Assembly (NCBI GenBank): GCA_045863235.1
Contig: BTUM01000013.1
Location: 59,817 to 123,816, forward strand
DNA length: 64,000 bases
DNA from: Candidatus Xenobia bacterium
GTDB lineage: Bacteria; Vulcanimicrobiota; Xenobia; Xenobiales; QWHO01
Reading direction: 5' to 3'
The notes under the pieces were generated by a model. That model worked only from the letters and a program-made list of their open reading frames with translations, was not told the DNA's origin and searched no databases. Positions 39,443-49,368 of the stretch are shown here, in pieces. The position numbers were made by a program, and so were the translations under genes. The first letter of the stretch is position 1. The number at the start of each line of letters is the position of its first letter.

Positions 39443-40408
39443 GTGTCTGAGGCAAATTTGCTGGTCGCCGCCGGAACCGACAACGGCGTGCTCGTCTTTC
39501 GGCCCGAGGGAACGGGCTGGACCCTGACGGCCCAGGGCCTCTACGGGCGCAAAGTACCCGCCCTGGCCTTCCATCCTGATGGCAGCCTCTACGCCGGAGC
39601 TGCCAACGGCACGGTCTACCGCTCGACGGACCTCGAGCACTGGGAGCCCCTTTTCGAGGGTCTGTCCCATCCCAGCGTCCACAGCCTGGTCATCTGCCCG
39701 GCCGACTTCAAGCGTCTCATCGCAGGCACCGAGCCGGCTTGCATCTTTCGGAGCGACGACCGGGGAAGCACCTGGACCAAGCTCCCCGCCTTCAACGCCG
39801 TCCCCGGAGCCAGCAAGTGGAGCAACCAGGTTCCTCCTTACATGCCCAAGGTGACCGGACTTTCTTATCAGGGCCACTCCATCGTCGCCACCATCGAGGT
39901 GGGCGGGGCCCTGCTCTCGGAAGATGACGGCCAGACCTGGGTCGAGATTCACAACGGCCTGGCCAAGGACGTGACCGGACTGGCCTCGCACCCCGATCGC
40001 CCGGGAGTGCTCTTTGCCACCACGGGCCTGGGGTTTCACCGCAGCGACGACAACGGGCAATCGTGGAAGAACCTCAATGGCGGCTTGCCCTACATCTTCA
40101 CCCAGGGCCTCGCGATCGATCCCGCTGACCCCGACCGACTGGTGATGGGCGTCAACAAGGTCCGGCGGGGTGGGGGGGCTCACCTCTTCCGTAGCTCCAA
40201 CGGGGGACAGAACTGGCAGATCACCACCGGGGGCTTTGCGCCCACCCCCGATGCCTGTCTGACCTGTGTTGCCAGCGGTCCGGGGTGTTTCGTGGCCGGC
40301 ACGGATAAGGGCGACCTGTTCGGCACCTTCGATTTTGGGGACCTCTGGAAGCGCATCCGACCTGGTCTTCCGCCCGTGCGCGGGGTCGCGGTGGGACCGG
40401 GCCGGTGA
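39443..40408 (+). CDS. BNR/Asp-box beta-propeller (Ycf48/sialidase-like), paralog 1
   Basis: Repeated SxDxGxTW motifs. Confidence 0.85.
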   Translation: MSEANLLVAAGTDNGVLVFRPEGTGWTLTAQGLYGRKVPALAFHPDGSLYAGAANGTVYRSTDLEHWEPLFEGLSHPSVHSLVICPADFKRLIAGTEPACIFRSDDRGSTWTKLPAFNAVPGASKWSNQVPPYMPKVTGLSYQGHSIVATIEVGGALLSEDDGQTWVEIHNGLAKDVTGLASHPDRPGVLFATTGLGFHRSDDNGQSWKNLNGGLPYIFTQGLAIDPADPDRLVMGVNKVRRGGGAHLFRSSNGGQNWQITTGGFAPTPDACLTCVASGPGCFVAGTDKGDLFGTFDFGDLWKRIRPGLPPVRGVAVGPGR

Positions 40409-41382
40409 GCCTGCTGGTCGCTCTGGGCACGGCGAAGGGGGTGCACATCCTCAAGCCGGGCAAGCGGGAAGGCGATTGGTCGGCCGTCGCCCAGGGGTTG
40501 ATCGAGCACCCGGTGCGGGCTCTGGCCCTGCATCCCGATGGCAGTCTGTTCGCCGGGGCCACCAACGCCATGGTCTACCGCACGACCGACGGCCTGAGTT
40601 GGAAGCCGCTTTATGAAGGCCTGAAGTTCACCTCGGTCTACAGTCTCTCGATCCACCCGCTCAAACCCGACACCATCTTTTGCGGTACCAATCCCGCCGC
40701 GGTGTTCAAGAGCACCGATACAGGCAAGACCTGGCGTCAGATGGAGGCGTTCAACCAGGTGCCCGGGCGGGACAACTGGACCTACTATCACGCTCCCTAC
40801 ACGGCGCGCGTGCGCCACCTGGTTCAGCATCCGCTCGAGCCCGACGCGATTTTCGCGGCCATCGAGGTGGGCGGCCTGATCGCCTCGCTCGATGCCGGGC
40901 GCACCTGGATGCCCCGCCACGAGCACCTGGGCCGCGACATCAACCAGCTGGCCATCCACCCGGGCCAGGCGGGGCGCATCTACGCGGTCTCCGACAGCGG
41001 ATTCTATGTCTCCGACGATCTGGGCAGCACCTGGGAGCATCGCATCCAGGGTCTCCCCTACACCTATTGCGAGTGCCTGGCAGTGGATCCGCGCGATCCC
41101 GATCGGCTCATCATGGGCGTCAACCAGGTGCGCGACGACCGGGGGGGCAGCATCTTTTGCTCCACCAACTCGGGCAAGCACTGGGAGATTGCCGCTGCCG
41201 GCTTACCCTCCCTGGCCGACCGGGCTGTGACGGCGGTGGCCTCGCATCCCGACGGCTGGTGGTTTGCCGCCACCAACAAGGGGGATTTGCTCGGAAGTCA
41301 GGACTTCGGGGCCAAGTGGCAGCGCCTGGACGCCAACCTGCCGCCGGTGCATTCGATTCTTCCCCTGCCCTGGAATCGCTGA
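40405..41382 (+). CDS. BNR/Asp-box beta-propeller, paralog 2
   Basis: STDTGKTW, SLDAGRTW, SDDLGSTW; colinear similarity to paralog 1. Confidence 0.85.
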   Translation: MSLLVALGTAKGVHILKPGKREGDWSAVAQGLIEHPVRALALHPDGSLFAGATNAMVYRTTDGLSWKPLYEGLKFTSVYSLSIHPLKPDTIFCGTNPAAVFKSTDTGKTWRQMEAFNQVPGRDNWTYYHAPYTARVRHLVQHPLEPDAIFAAIEVGGLIASLDAGRTWMPRHEHLGRDINQLAIHPGQAGRIYAVSDSGFYVSDDLGSTWEHRIQGLPYTYCECLAVDPRDPDRLIMGVNQVRDDRGGSIFCSTNSGKHWEIAAAGLPSLADRAVTAVASHPDGWWFAATNKGDLLGSQDFGAKWQRLDANLPPVHSILPLPWNR

Positions 41383-41392
41383 GCAGGCTCGC

Positions 41393-42178
41393 TCAGACCG
41401 GCAAGGTCTCACCGAAAAGCACATTCCAGTTGTGCTCTGCCGACGCTCGCAGCTCTGGATCGGATAAGTGTGCGCGGCAGGCCTCCAGCCGGGAAGCAAG
41501 TTGCTCGCGGGAGAAGGCGCGGGGCGTCAGCTCCAGGAGATCGCCCTGGTCCTTTTCTCGCTTGCTCAGGAGCTTTCCGGTGAGGATATCCAGAGGGTCC
41601 ACAGAGTGCACATCCAACTGACCCATCTTCCCCTGAGAGTGAGTTCGGTCTTCCCAGCCTGACGGTAGGTAGTGAGATTGAAAGTGGGCCAGGTGCAGAC
41701 GGTGCTTCGCCTGCAGTTGCTTCAGGGAAGCTCGCATGCCTCGGATAGATTCGGGGACCTCGTCCACCAGATCGATGTCCTCCGTGTGTCGGCTCAGTAG
41801 CCCGGCCAGGATCAGGGCGCTCGAGCCACCGATGACCACCCTGACCGGAGTCGTGAGCTGTTCTCCGAGCTCCCGCAGGTAGCGCTTGATGGTCTCAGGC
41901 CGTGTCGACACGCAGATCCGCTTCGGGAGGGAGGGAAAGCCGACCTCCGGGAAGGTCTCTTCCAGGCAGGCCCCGATCTGCGAGCGGCTGGATACACCCT
42001 CGAGCCAGTCGCTGAAACGCTTCGGTCCCCAGAAGCTTAGCAGGGAAAGAGCCGCGTCTCGAATGAGAAGCCGGGTCCGATAGTCCGGCTCCGGCTCAGC
42101 TGCTTGCAGCCCGATAGCCACGGCCAACTCGTCCGGGTCGAGCGACTGGCGCTCCTGCGTCAGGGTCCACAAATCCAT
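41393..42178 (-). CDS. Nucleotidyltransferase (DUF6036/AbiEii-like) with N-terminal extension
   Basis: IGGSSALIL…RHTEDIDLV, KLLSKREKDQGDL; TGnTATAAT upstream. Confidence 0.75.
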   Translation of the reverse strand: MDLWTLTQERQSLDPDELAVAIGLQAAEPEPDYRTRLLIRDAALSLLSFWGPKRFSDWLEGVSSRSQIGACLEETFPEVGFPSLPKRICVSTRPETIKRYLRELGEQLTTPVRVVIGGSSALILAGLLSRHTEDIDLVDEVPESIRGMRASLKQLQAKHRLHLAHFQSHYLPSGWEDRTHSQGKMGQLDVHSVDPLDILTGKLLSKREKDQGDLLELTPRAFSREQLASRLEACRAHLSDPELRASAEHNWNVLFGETLPV

Positions 42179-42312
42179 GCGACTGCAATTATAGCACCTT
42201 GCACACGAGGCAGGGCCGGCGTCCTGCAGGTTTGGCCTGGGAGAGCTGATTGGCGCCCGGTCTTGTAAGAGGTGGCCTCCCATGTACGTTCCCCGGGTAG
42301 ATAAGCAGGGGC

Positions 42313-42448
42313 GTGATCTGGGGTGATCTGGCATGATCGTGAGTGCGCTGGAGATTAGAGTTGGTGCGGGTTTGGGTGGGTTGGGGTGTTTCTAGGATGT
42401 CGTGGTGATCGGGGGTGATTTTGAGTCCGGTGATCATCTGGTGATCAA
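42313..42448 (+). repeat. Arm-type direct repeats GTGATC, left end
   Basis: Copies at 42313, 42323, 42333 (ATGATC), 42405, 42415 (GTGATT), 42430 and 42441; mostly 10-11 bp apart within clusters. Confidence 0.7.
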
Positions 42449-42717
42449 GTTGAACACACCAGGGTGAGGTGGCTACACTTTTCCGATCCCTCCTCTGAGC
42501 CCCCGCACAAGTGGACCGGGTTCGACGGTTCGAAAGACAACCCTGCGACGGCTGCGACCAGCACAGTAGCCAGCAGGGAGGGCGAAGAAGTGTATGACGA
42601 GGGCATGGAGACTCCTCGAAATCGCCAGGCTGGTGTCTCACGGAAGAAGGCCTCCCCTCATTCTTGCAGACGCCGAGTAGTTACCGGGGACCGATGTTCG
42701 CGAATCTCCTTGAGTGC

Positions 42718-43446
42718 CTATTCCTTCGGCGCTCCTGGTTTTCTCAGGCCCATCCTCTCCAGGTTGACGAGTTCGTTGGTCCAGTGGCGGAGCAATCGAG
42801 ACCGGGGCTCGGCCAGCAGCGACCTCAACTCCCCGCTTTCCGCCAGCTGGCCATCCTCCAGCACAAGGGCCCGGCGGGTCAGGGACAACGCCTCCAGAAC
42901 GTCGTGGGTGACCAGTATCACCGCTGCCTCGATCTCATCCGACACTCGGCCCACTTCCCGGATCAACTCGTCTCGTAACAACGGATCCAGACTGGAAAAC
43001 GGCTCGTCCAGCAGAAGGAGCTGCGGCTGGGCGACGATGGCCCGCGCCAGGGCCACGCGCTGCTGCTGCCCGATGGACAGTGTTCCAGGCTTTCGTGACG
43101 CCAGCTCTGCCACCCGGCAGACGCTCAAGCTGGCGAGGGCAGTGCTCCGCCGCTCCTTCATTGCAACGCCGGGCAAAGCCAGCGCGACGTTGTCCAGGGC
43201 CGTCAAGTTGGGCCACAAGGCCAGGTCTTGAAAGACCATCCCGAGGCGCAGCGAGGGAGAGCGCTCCATCGCGCCCGTGGAGGGGGCATCCAGGCCGGCG
43301 AGCAAGCGCAAGAGCGTGGATTTTCCGCTTCCGCTTACGCCCAGGATAGACATGCGGTCATCCGGCTCTACCGCGAAGCTCAGGCCCTCGAAGACCCATG
43401 CGCCGTCATGGCTTTTGCCCAGATTCCGCGCGGTGAGCAGGCTCAC
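42718..43446 (-). CDS. ABC transporter ATP-binding protein
   Basis: GVSGSGKST, LSIGQQQR, LLLDEP, VTHD. Confidence 0.9.
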   Translation of the reverse strand: MSLLTARNLGKSHDGAWVFEGLSFAVEPDDRMSILGVSGSGKSTLLRLLAGLDAPSTGAMERSPSLRLGMVFQDLALWPNLTALDNVALALPGVAMKERRSTALASLSVCRVAELASRKPGTLSIGQQQRVALARAIVAQPQLLLLDEPFSSLDPLLRDELIREVGRVSDEIEAAVILVTHDVLEALSLTRRALVLEDGQLAESGELRSLLAEPRSRLLRHWTNELVNLERMGLRKPGAPKE

Positions 43447-44801
43447 AGCCGTCGAGCAGCCGCCAGCGCGGTGGCTGCCACGGCCAGCGCCAGAGCGGCA
43501 TAGAGCAGGCACAGCATGGCGACGAGCGACTCGGGCGCATTGGACATCACGGTGAACAACGCCAGGGGCAGGCTGGCGTGGCCGGGCGGGTGCAGAAGCA
43601 GGACGGTGCCCACCTCCGCGGTTGCCAGCAGCGCCGATATGGCCGCCGCCGGCAGGGCCCAACGCGCCCACCACGGCAGCTGGACGCGGACCAGGAAGGT
43701 GGCCGCCGGCACGCGGTGGACCCGGGCCGCATCCGCCCAGGATGGGGGCGTCGACCCGACCGCCCGCAGCGCCAAAACGATGGCCAGAGGCAGCCCCCGC
43801 AATGCCAGAGCTGCGCCCAGAGTCCACATTCCGCTCCAGGGAATCAGCCAGATCGCGGGCAGAGCTGGTGGGAGGGCGAGCAGCGCCAGCGCGCCAGTAA
43901 CCAGCCAGCGACGTCTCGCGGGTGAGCGGCCTGCCAGCCAGGCCATGGGAAAAGCGACCCCTACAGCGATGACGGCCGCCGTGGCGGCATACACCAGAGT
44001 GTCTTTCCCTGTCCTGGACACTTCGGCCCAGGCTCTCAAGACAGGCCAAGATTGCCCCCCGAAGAGAGGCTTGCACAGGCCTGCCAGGGGTAAGAGCGCG
44101 CACAGAGTAACCACCGCTATGGACCAGGCCTGACTTGTCCGGTCCGAGACTCGCCTCGGAACGTTGACGTCCCGAGCGAACAGGCTGGCGGCGATCTCCG
44201 GAGCCAGCTTCCAGGCCAGCGGCCAGGTCAGCAGCGCGGCCACTCCGGCGAGCCAGAGCGCCTGGTGGGTCGCCAGACCGCGATCGTATCGAGCGGCAAA
44301 ACTGATGAGAAGCTCGTTGGAGACTGCTGCCCATCCGAAAATCTGTCCAGGTCCGGCATCTGCCAGCGTCAGCGCCGCAACCAGGGTGGCCGCGAGCGCC
44401 GCCAGCGGGAAGGTGGACTGGAGGGCAAGCGCGTACACGTGGCTCCGGCCCCCGGCCAGGCTGGCGGCATCCACCTGCGAGCCGGTTATCGAGCAGGTCG
44501 CGCTCATGGTGGCCAGGCTAACCAGGGGAATACCGAGGGACGCGAAGGCCCAGATGACGCCGGTCAGTCCGCCCAGTCCCGGCCACAGCATGGACAGCCC
44601 GATCGCCACCAGAAAGGAGGGCACCAGCAGGGGAAGAGCGAGCAGGGCCAGGCAAAGTTGGCGCAACGGAAAATCAGTCAGTCCCAGGCGAACCCCCAGC
44701 GGCCATCCGACCGCGAGGGAGAGGCTGCCGACCAGCAACCCTACCAGCCCGCTGCGACAGAGCGCCAGCCAGAAGTTGGCGTCCAGCCCGGCCTGGCTCA
44801 A
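43443..44801 (-). CDS. ABC permease, FbpB-like (divergent)
   Basis: Multi-TM; VDAASLAGG and ADAARVH EAA-like loops. Confidence 0.75.
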   Translation of the reverse strand: MSQAGLDANFWLALCRSGLVGLLVGSLSLAVGWPLGVRLGLTDFPLRQLCLALLALPLLVPSFLVAIGLSMLWPGLGGLTGVIWAFASLGIPLVSLATMSATCSITGSQVDAASLAGGRSHVYALALQSTFPLAALAATLVAALTLADAGPGQIFGWAAVSNELLISFAARYDRGLATHQALWLAGVAALLTWPLAWKLAPEIAASLFARDVNVPRRVSDRTSQAWSIAVVTLCALLPLAGLCKPLFGGQSWPVLRAWAEVSRTGKDTLVYAATAAVIAVGVAFPMAWLAGRSPARRRWLVTGALALLALPPALPAIWLIPWSGMWTLGAALALRGLPLAIVLALRAVGSTPPSWADAARVHRVPAATFLVRVQLPWWARWALPAAAISALLATAEVGTVLLLHPPGHASLPLALFTVMSNAPESLVAMLCLLYAALALAVAATALAAARRL

Positions 44802-44808
44802 GAGGAGC

Positions 44809-45834
44809 TCATTGGGAGGCGGCCCAGCTTCGGAGAAACCCCTGAGTCAGGCTCTCCAAGCGAGCCCCCAATCGATCGTAAGCCACGTCCATGGCCTTGA
44901 TCTCGTCTACTCGCGGAACGCCGGAGGGCACGGCTACACCTGGCCGCAAAGGGATCTGGGCCGCCTCGCTTTCCGCCAAGGCCTGCTCCACCACGGCGGA
45001 GTTCAGGTATTGGATGAATCGCTTCCCGCTCTCGGGATTGGGACCGCCGGCGATCAACACCGCCGCATTGGGAACGATCAGCGTGCCGGCCCCGTCCTGG
45101 TCGGGATAAACCATGGTCACGGGCTTTCCCTCTTTGATGGCCACGCTGGCGTCGTCCGTGTCGGTCAAGCCGAACGCGAACTCGCCCGCCGCGACCCGTC
45201 GCTTGACCTCCCCGTTGGAGGACAGAACCTTGACCTTGTTTCGCTTGAGCCCGTCGTAGAACTGGCGGGCGCCACTTTCGCCCATCGTCTCGAACAAGGC
45301 GGCCGCGTGCATCGAGCTCGTCCCGAACAAGGGGTTGGCCAGGCACGCCCTCCCTTTCCAGCGAGGGTCCACCAATGCCTGGAGCGAGCGGGGCAACGCC
45401 TTCTCGTCCACGAGATCGGTGTTTACGATCAGGACCCGGGCCCGGGCAGAGAGGGCCGACCAGTGGCCGGAGGGGTCGCTGTAGCGGCCCCTCGAGTCGG
45501 CCGGGTCGTCTGGCTTGAACGGGGCGGAGATACCCCGAGCTTTGAGCACCGCTGCTCGAACCGGGTCACCGCTCCAGAACACGTCGCACTGCGGCCGAGC
45601 CCTTTCGGCGATCAGCCGGTTGAGCAGGCCTGTGCTCTTGGTTTCCTCGGTGTCGGGAACCAGTTTCACCTGGATCCCTGTGTCCCGTTCAAACTGCTCG
45701 CAGACCGGGCGCGCGAACACATCGTCCACGCTGGTGTAGACGACGACGCTGCGAGAGGGGGTTGTCCCGGAGGAGCAGCCGAGCACGAACAGGAGGAGCA
45801 GGGCAATCAACCCTTTTCCAGGGCCGCCGATCAC
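44809..45834 (-). CDS. Fe(III)-type ABC substrate-binding lipoprotein
   Basis: Lipobox VLGC; VVVYTSVD, NRLIAERARPQCDVFW, NPLFGTS, GLTDTDD. Confidence 0.88.
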   Translation of the reverse strand: MIGGPGKGLIALLLLFVLGCSSGTTPSRSVVVYTSVDDVFARPVCEQFERDTGIQVKLVPDTEETKSTGLLNRLIAERARPQCDVFWSGDPVRAAVLKARGISAPFKPDDPADSRGRYSDPSGHWSALSARARVLIVNTDLVDEKALPRSLQALVDPRWKGRACLANPLFGTSSMHAAALFETMGESGARQFYDGLKRNKVKVLSSNGEVKRRVAAGEFAFGLTDTDDASVAIKEGKPVTMVYPDQDGAGTLIVPNAAVLIAGGPNPESGKRFIQYLNSAVVEQALAESEAAQIPLRPGVAVPSGVPRVDEIKAMDVAYDRLGARLESLTQGFLRSWAASQ

Positions 45835-46475
45835 TTGGAGCCGTAGCTGAAGTCGTCAAACAAAGTCACGCTGTCCGCTTTCGTCCACAACCCGACCATT
45901 CCGGGCCCTGGAAAGGTGCCGTCCTGAACGTCGAAGAGGTGCTTTCCATTCAGCCAGACCTGAAAGCGACTTCCCTCGAACTCTACCCGGAGCGTGTGCC
46001 ACTTCTGCGGGGGAACGGGAGTGTCTAGGCCATATCCCCCTTTGCGCCCCACGATGTCGAGCGACTTCCGCTTGCCTTTCTCGGTCTTATAGAGAACCAC
46101 ATTGCCCTCGAGCGCGTTGGCTCGACAGATGTAGTAGTTGTCCGCGTCTTTGGCGCGCCAGACTACCCCTCCGGCTTGGTCCTCCTCACCGGCGATTGGC
46201 TTGAATTTGACTTCTACGAAGCCATTTCTCAGCTCCGCGTCCGCCTTCAAAGCCAGCGGATAGGTGGCCTGGCCGGATTGCTTAAGCACGTTCGGCTTGC
46301 TGGGCGCGCTTTCGTCTTTCTCCACGCTCCATCGGGGCGTGCCCTGGCCGGTCATGGAGGCTATCCAGTGCGGCGGCAATTGTCCGGCCTGGACCTCATC
46401 AAAATTTACGGTTTCGGACGACAGGGCCGCGGAGACGGCCAGGCTCAACAGCAGCAAGAAAAAGATTTTTCTCAT
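45831..46475 (-). CDS. Exported ConA-like beta-sandwich (DUF1080-like) protein
   Basis: Signal peptide; DQAGGVVWR…NYYICRANALE, WHTLRV, GMVGLWTKADSVTLFDDF. Confidence 0.7.
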   Translation of the reverse strand: MRKIFFLLLLSLAVSAALSSETVNFDEVQAGQLPPHWIASMTGQGTPRWSVEKDESAPSKPNVLKQSGQATYPLALKADAELRNGFVEVKFKPIAGEEDQAGGVVWRAKDADNYYICRANALEGNVVLYKTEKGKRKSLDIVGRKGGYGLDTPVPPQKWHTLRVEFEGSRFQVWLNGKHLFDVQDGTFPGPGMVGLWTKADSVTLFDDFSYGSK

Positions 46476-46498
46476 CCAACGCCCCCAGAAGTAGATTT

Positions 46499-47377
46499 TC
46501 AATTCTTCTGCAAATCCAGCGCCTGGCGCAAGCCACGGGCCAGCTCCACCGCCGGTCCCTTACCCCAGAAGTGCACGAAGTAGTATTTCGGAGTTTCCCC
46601 TATCATGTGGTTGTGCAAAGCTACCACGTAAATTCCGTTGCGCCTGAGGCACTGAAGCACGGGTTGGACTTCCTCGGCCAGCATGGCGAAGTCGCCGTCC
46701 ACGATCGCGTGCTGCTCGTTGCCGGCGAACCCCATCCAGGTCGTGAGGCCCATGGAGCCGCCCACGCTCATCTGCCCCATTGTGGTCGTGCGGCCCACCG
46801 TGAACTTCAGAAGATCTCCGCGTGCTTCTGGCTTGACGCCGAGAATCTGCTGCATCTCCCCGGCCGGCAGGTCGCCCACGGCGGGAGGCCCTCCGGGGAA
46901 TGCAGTACCTGGCTCAGGACTGCGCTTGCGCACCGCCCGCGCGGCATCCCAGACCGCTCGAACACCTCGCGCCAGTTGCTCTGCGTTCCCGTGGCCTTCG
47001 ATGTGCATGAAGTACACGCGAGGCTGATCATAAAAGAAATGGTTGTGCAGCGCCGTCACCGAGAGGCCAGAGGCAAAGGCGGCATCCATGGCCGGGTTCA
47101 CCTCATCCTCGAAGAGCACCGTGTCGCCCATCACCATGGCGTGGTCGCTCTGGCCCTGAAAGGCCGCCCAGGTTCCCAGGCCCAGGAAGGGGTCCAGCGC
47201 CAGCCCGTCCACCCGAACGGGCACCTCCTGGCGTGGCCAGCTGACCCTCAGGACCCCGTCCGAGGTGGTGGTCACCTTGACGCCCATGATCGCCTGAATC
47301 GGCTCGGCTTGCATGGGAGCGCTCGAGACCGGTCCGGCCAGGCCGAGGAGCAGAAAGAGACAGAGCAGGACTCTCAT
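46499..47377 (-). CDS. DUF1259 (LppY/LpqO-like) exported protein
   Basis: Duplicated GD…EV…ALHNH…(F/Y)xH motif. Confidence 0.85.
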   Translation of the reverse strand: MRVLLCLFLLLGLAGPVSSAPMQAEPIQAIMGVKVTTTSDGVLRVSWPRQEVPVRVDGLALDPFLGLGTWAAFQGQSDHAMVMGDTVLFEDEVNPAMDAAFASGLSVTALHNHFFYDQPRVYFMHIEGHGNAEQLARGVRAVWDAARAVRKRSPEPGTAFPGGPPAVGDLPAGEMQQILGVKPEARGDLLKFTVGRTTTMGQMSVGGSMGLTTWMGFAGNEQHAIVDGDFAMLAEEVQPVLQCLRRNGIYVVALHNHMIGETPKYYFVHFWGKGPAVELARGLRQALDLQKN

Positions 47378-47379
47378 GC

Positions 47380-47844
47380 TTACACTCTGAGCCGGTGAAA
47401 GGTCCCGGCCTGTCCGCTGGTCACTCGCTGGCAGTAGGCATAGAGCGCGTCGTACACTACAAATTCTCGTTCCAGCACTTCGTGATCGTCCCTGAGGCCG
47501 AGGTGGCGGAAACCCTCCGCGATCGCCTCGAGCCCAGCCGACTCCGGGCGGCCGTACAGGTCGTCGGTTACGTCCGCCCCATGGACGATCTGCGCCAGCA
47601 GTTCGAGCGCCGGATCCTTCAGGGCATACTTGGCCACGATCGCCTCGAAGCTGCAACGTCCGTCGTGGTGGCCGAGCTCGGCGCCCTTCACGTCGAAAGG
47701 GATGGCCCGCTCGCGCTCGGCCACGCTCTGGACCTCCTCACGCGGAACGAAAAGAAACTCGGCCTGCTGGTCCACGAATTTGCGGATCAACCACGGACAC
47801 GCGACCCGATCCACCTTGACTTTCTCTCTGGTCACCCATTTCAT
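47380..47844 (-). CDS. Chromate-resistance ChrB C-terminal-domain protein (ChrF-like)
   Basis: MKWVTRE…VDRVACPWLIRKFVD, PFD…H…CSFE, VYDALYAY. Confidence 0.88.
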   Translation of the reverse strand: MKWVTREKVKVDRVACPWLIRKFVDQQAEFLFVPREEVQSVAERERAIPFDVKGAELGHHDGRCSFEAIVAKYALKDPALELLAQIVHGADVTDDLYGRPESAGLEAIAEGFRHLGLRDDHEVLEREFVVYDALYAYCQRVTSGQAGTFHRLRV

Positions 47845-47872
47845 ACCGGCCCCCCCCCTTTCGACAATAGGA

Positions 47873-49180
47873 TTAGAACGTCAATCGCCACAAAATTCCC
47901 AGGAGGCCACTGATCGCCAGTGTCTTCAGCATTCCAAGGTGAAAACGGAGCATGGCAACCATAGCGGCGACTGCCAGGACGAAGGCGAACGGGTCCAGGG
48001 TGCTCAGGTCGGGAACCAGGCACTGGATCGGTCCCCAATGCCAGGTCGACACGCGGCTGAAAAGAACGTGCAGCGAGAACCACACAGCCAGGTTGAAGAT
48101 GACCCCGACTACGGCGGCCGTAATGGCGGAGAGGGCCGCGCTCAAGGTGGGTCGATTCCGCAAATACTGGATGTATGGAGCTCCGGCGAAGATGAAGAGG
48201 AAACACGGGGCGTAGGTCACCCAGGTGGCCACCGTGGAGCCAAGCACGCCGGCCACCCAGGGCTCAAGCCCATTGGCGTGCCGATACGCTCCCAGGTAGC
48301 CGACGAAACCGACCACCTGGATGAGGGGGCCCGGGGTGGTCTCGGCCAGACCGAGTCCGTCCAACATCTCGCCGGGCGTCAGCCAGCCATAGGTGGCTAC
48401 TGTCTCCTGGGCCATGTAGGCCAGCACGGCGTAGGCGCCTCCAAATGTCACGACCGCCAGTTTGGAGAAGAAAAGGGCCACCTGGCTGAAGACCGATTTT
48501 GAACCCGTGGTCAGCAGGATCGCCAGGACCGGTCCCCACCAGACGAGCAGCCAGACAAGGATGGTGCGCACGGTAGAGCCGAGTGGTGGCCGTCGCATCT
48601 GAGCATCAGTAGCCACCTGGTGGCCCTTGATGACCTGGAAAGCCTGGGGCCGGAGACGGTTACCCAGAACCCCCAGGCCGCCCGCCGACACCACGATGAG
48701 CGGGTAGGGCAGGTTCAAGAAAAAAATGGCTACGAAGGCCAAGGCTGCGATGGCAACCATATAGCGGTTCTTGAGCGCTTTCTTGCCAACGCGCACGACG
48801 GCTTCGACGACAACCGCCATGACCGCCGGCTTCAACCCGTAGAACAGAGCCTGGACCAGGAATACGGTTTGAAATCCAGCGTACAGGATGCTCAGGAGCA
48901 GAATGCAGAGGTAGCCGGGAAGAACAAAGAGCCCACCCGCCATCAGGCCGCCCCGCACACCGTGCAGCAGCCAGCCGATGTAAGTGGCCAACTGCTGTGC
49001 CTCGGGACCGGGAAGCAACATGCAGTAGTTCAGGGCGTGCAGGAACTGGTCCTCGTCGACCCACTTCTTCTCCTCGACAAGAATGCGGTGCATGACGGCG
49101 ATCTGGCCGGCGGGCCCTCCGAAGCTCTGGGCAGCCACCAGGAGCCAAACCCGGAAGGCCTCGGAGAAGGACGCGATCAT
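47873..49180 (-). CDS. chrA: Chromate efflux transporter
   Basis: SFGGPAGQIAVMH, LPGPEAQQLATYIGW, TFGGAYAVL, ETTPGP. Confidence 0.95.
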   Translation of the reverse strand: MIASFSEAFRVWLLVAAQSFGGPAGQIAVMHRILVEEKKWVDEDQFLHALNYCMLLPGPEAQQLATYIGWLLHGVRGGLMAGGLFVLPGYLCILLLSILYAGFQTVFLVQALFYGLKPAVMAVVVEAVVRVGKKALKNRYMVAIAALAFVAIFFLNLPYPLIVVSAGGLGVLGNRLRPQAFQVIKGHQVATDAQMRRPPLGSTVRTILVWLLVWWGPVLAILLTTGSKSVFSQVALFFSKLAVVTFGGAYAVLAYMAQETVATYGWLTPGEMLDGLGLAETTPGPLIQVVGFVGYLGAYRHANGLEPWVAGVLGSTVATWVTYAPCFLFIFAGAPYIQYLRNRPTLSAALSAITAAVVGVIFNLAVWFSLHVLFSRVSTWHWGPIQCLVPDLSTLDPFAFVLAVAAMVAMLRFHLGMLKTLAISGLLGILWRLTF

Positions 49181-49368
49181 TGGCACGCCCAGAGATTGCC
49201 CGCCGGGATCGGCAGGACTCGGCCATGCTTGCACTGACTCTCGGGTCCCAGAACGCGGAAAAAGACCTCCGTCGCCAGGCCGACGGGGCCTCCGCCCGGA
49301 ACCCATGGAGCGAACAGCGTCACGAACAGTAAGGTTGTCATGTTCTTACCCATAACGGCAGGTAGGGA

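Noticed and set aside
42195..42299. 6S or other ncRNA split by the island
   Set aside because: The rebuilt empty site offers only a loose closing stem; no family signature could be supported.
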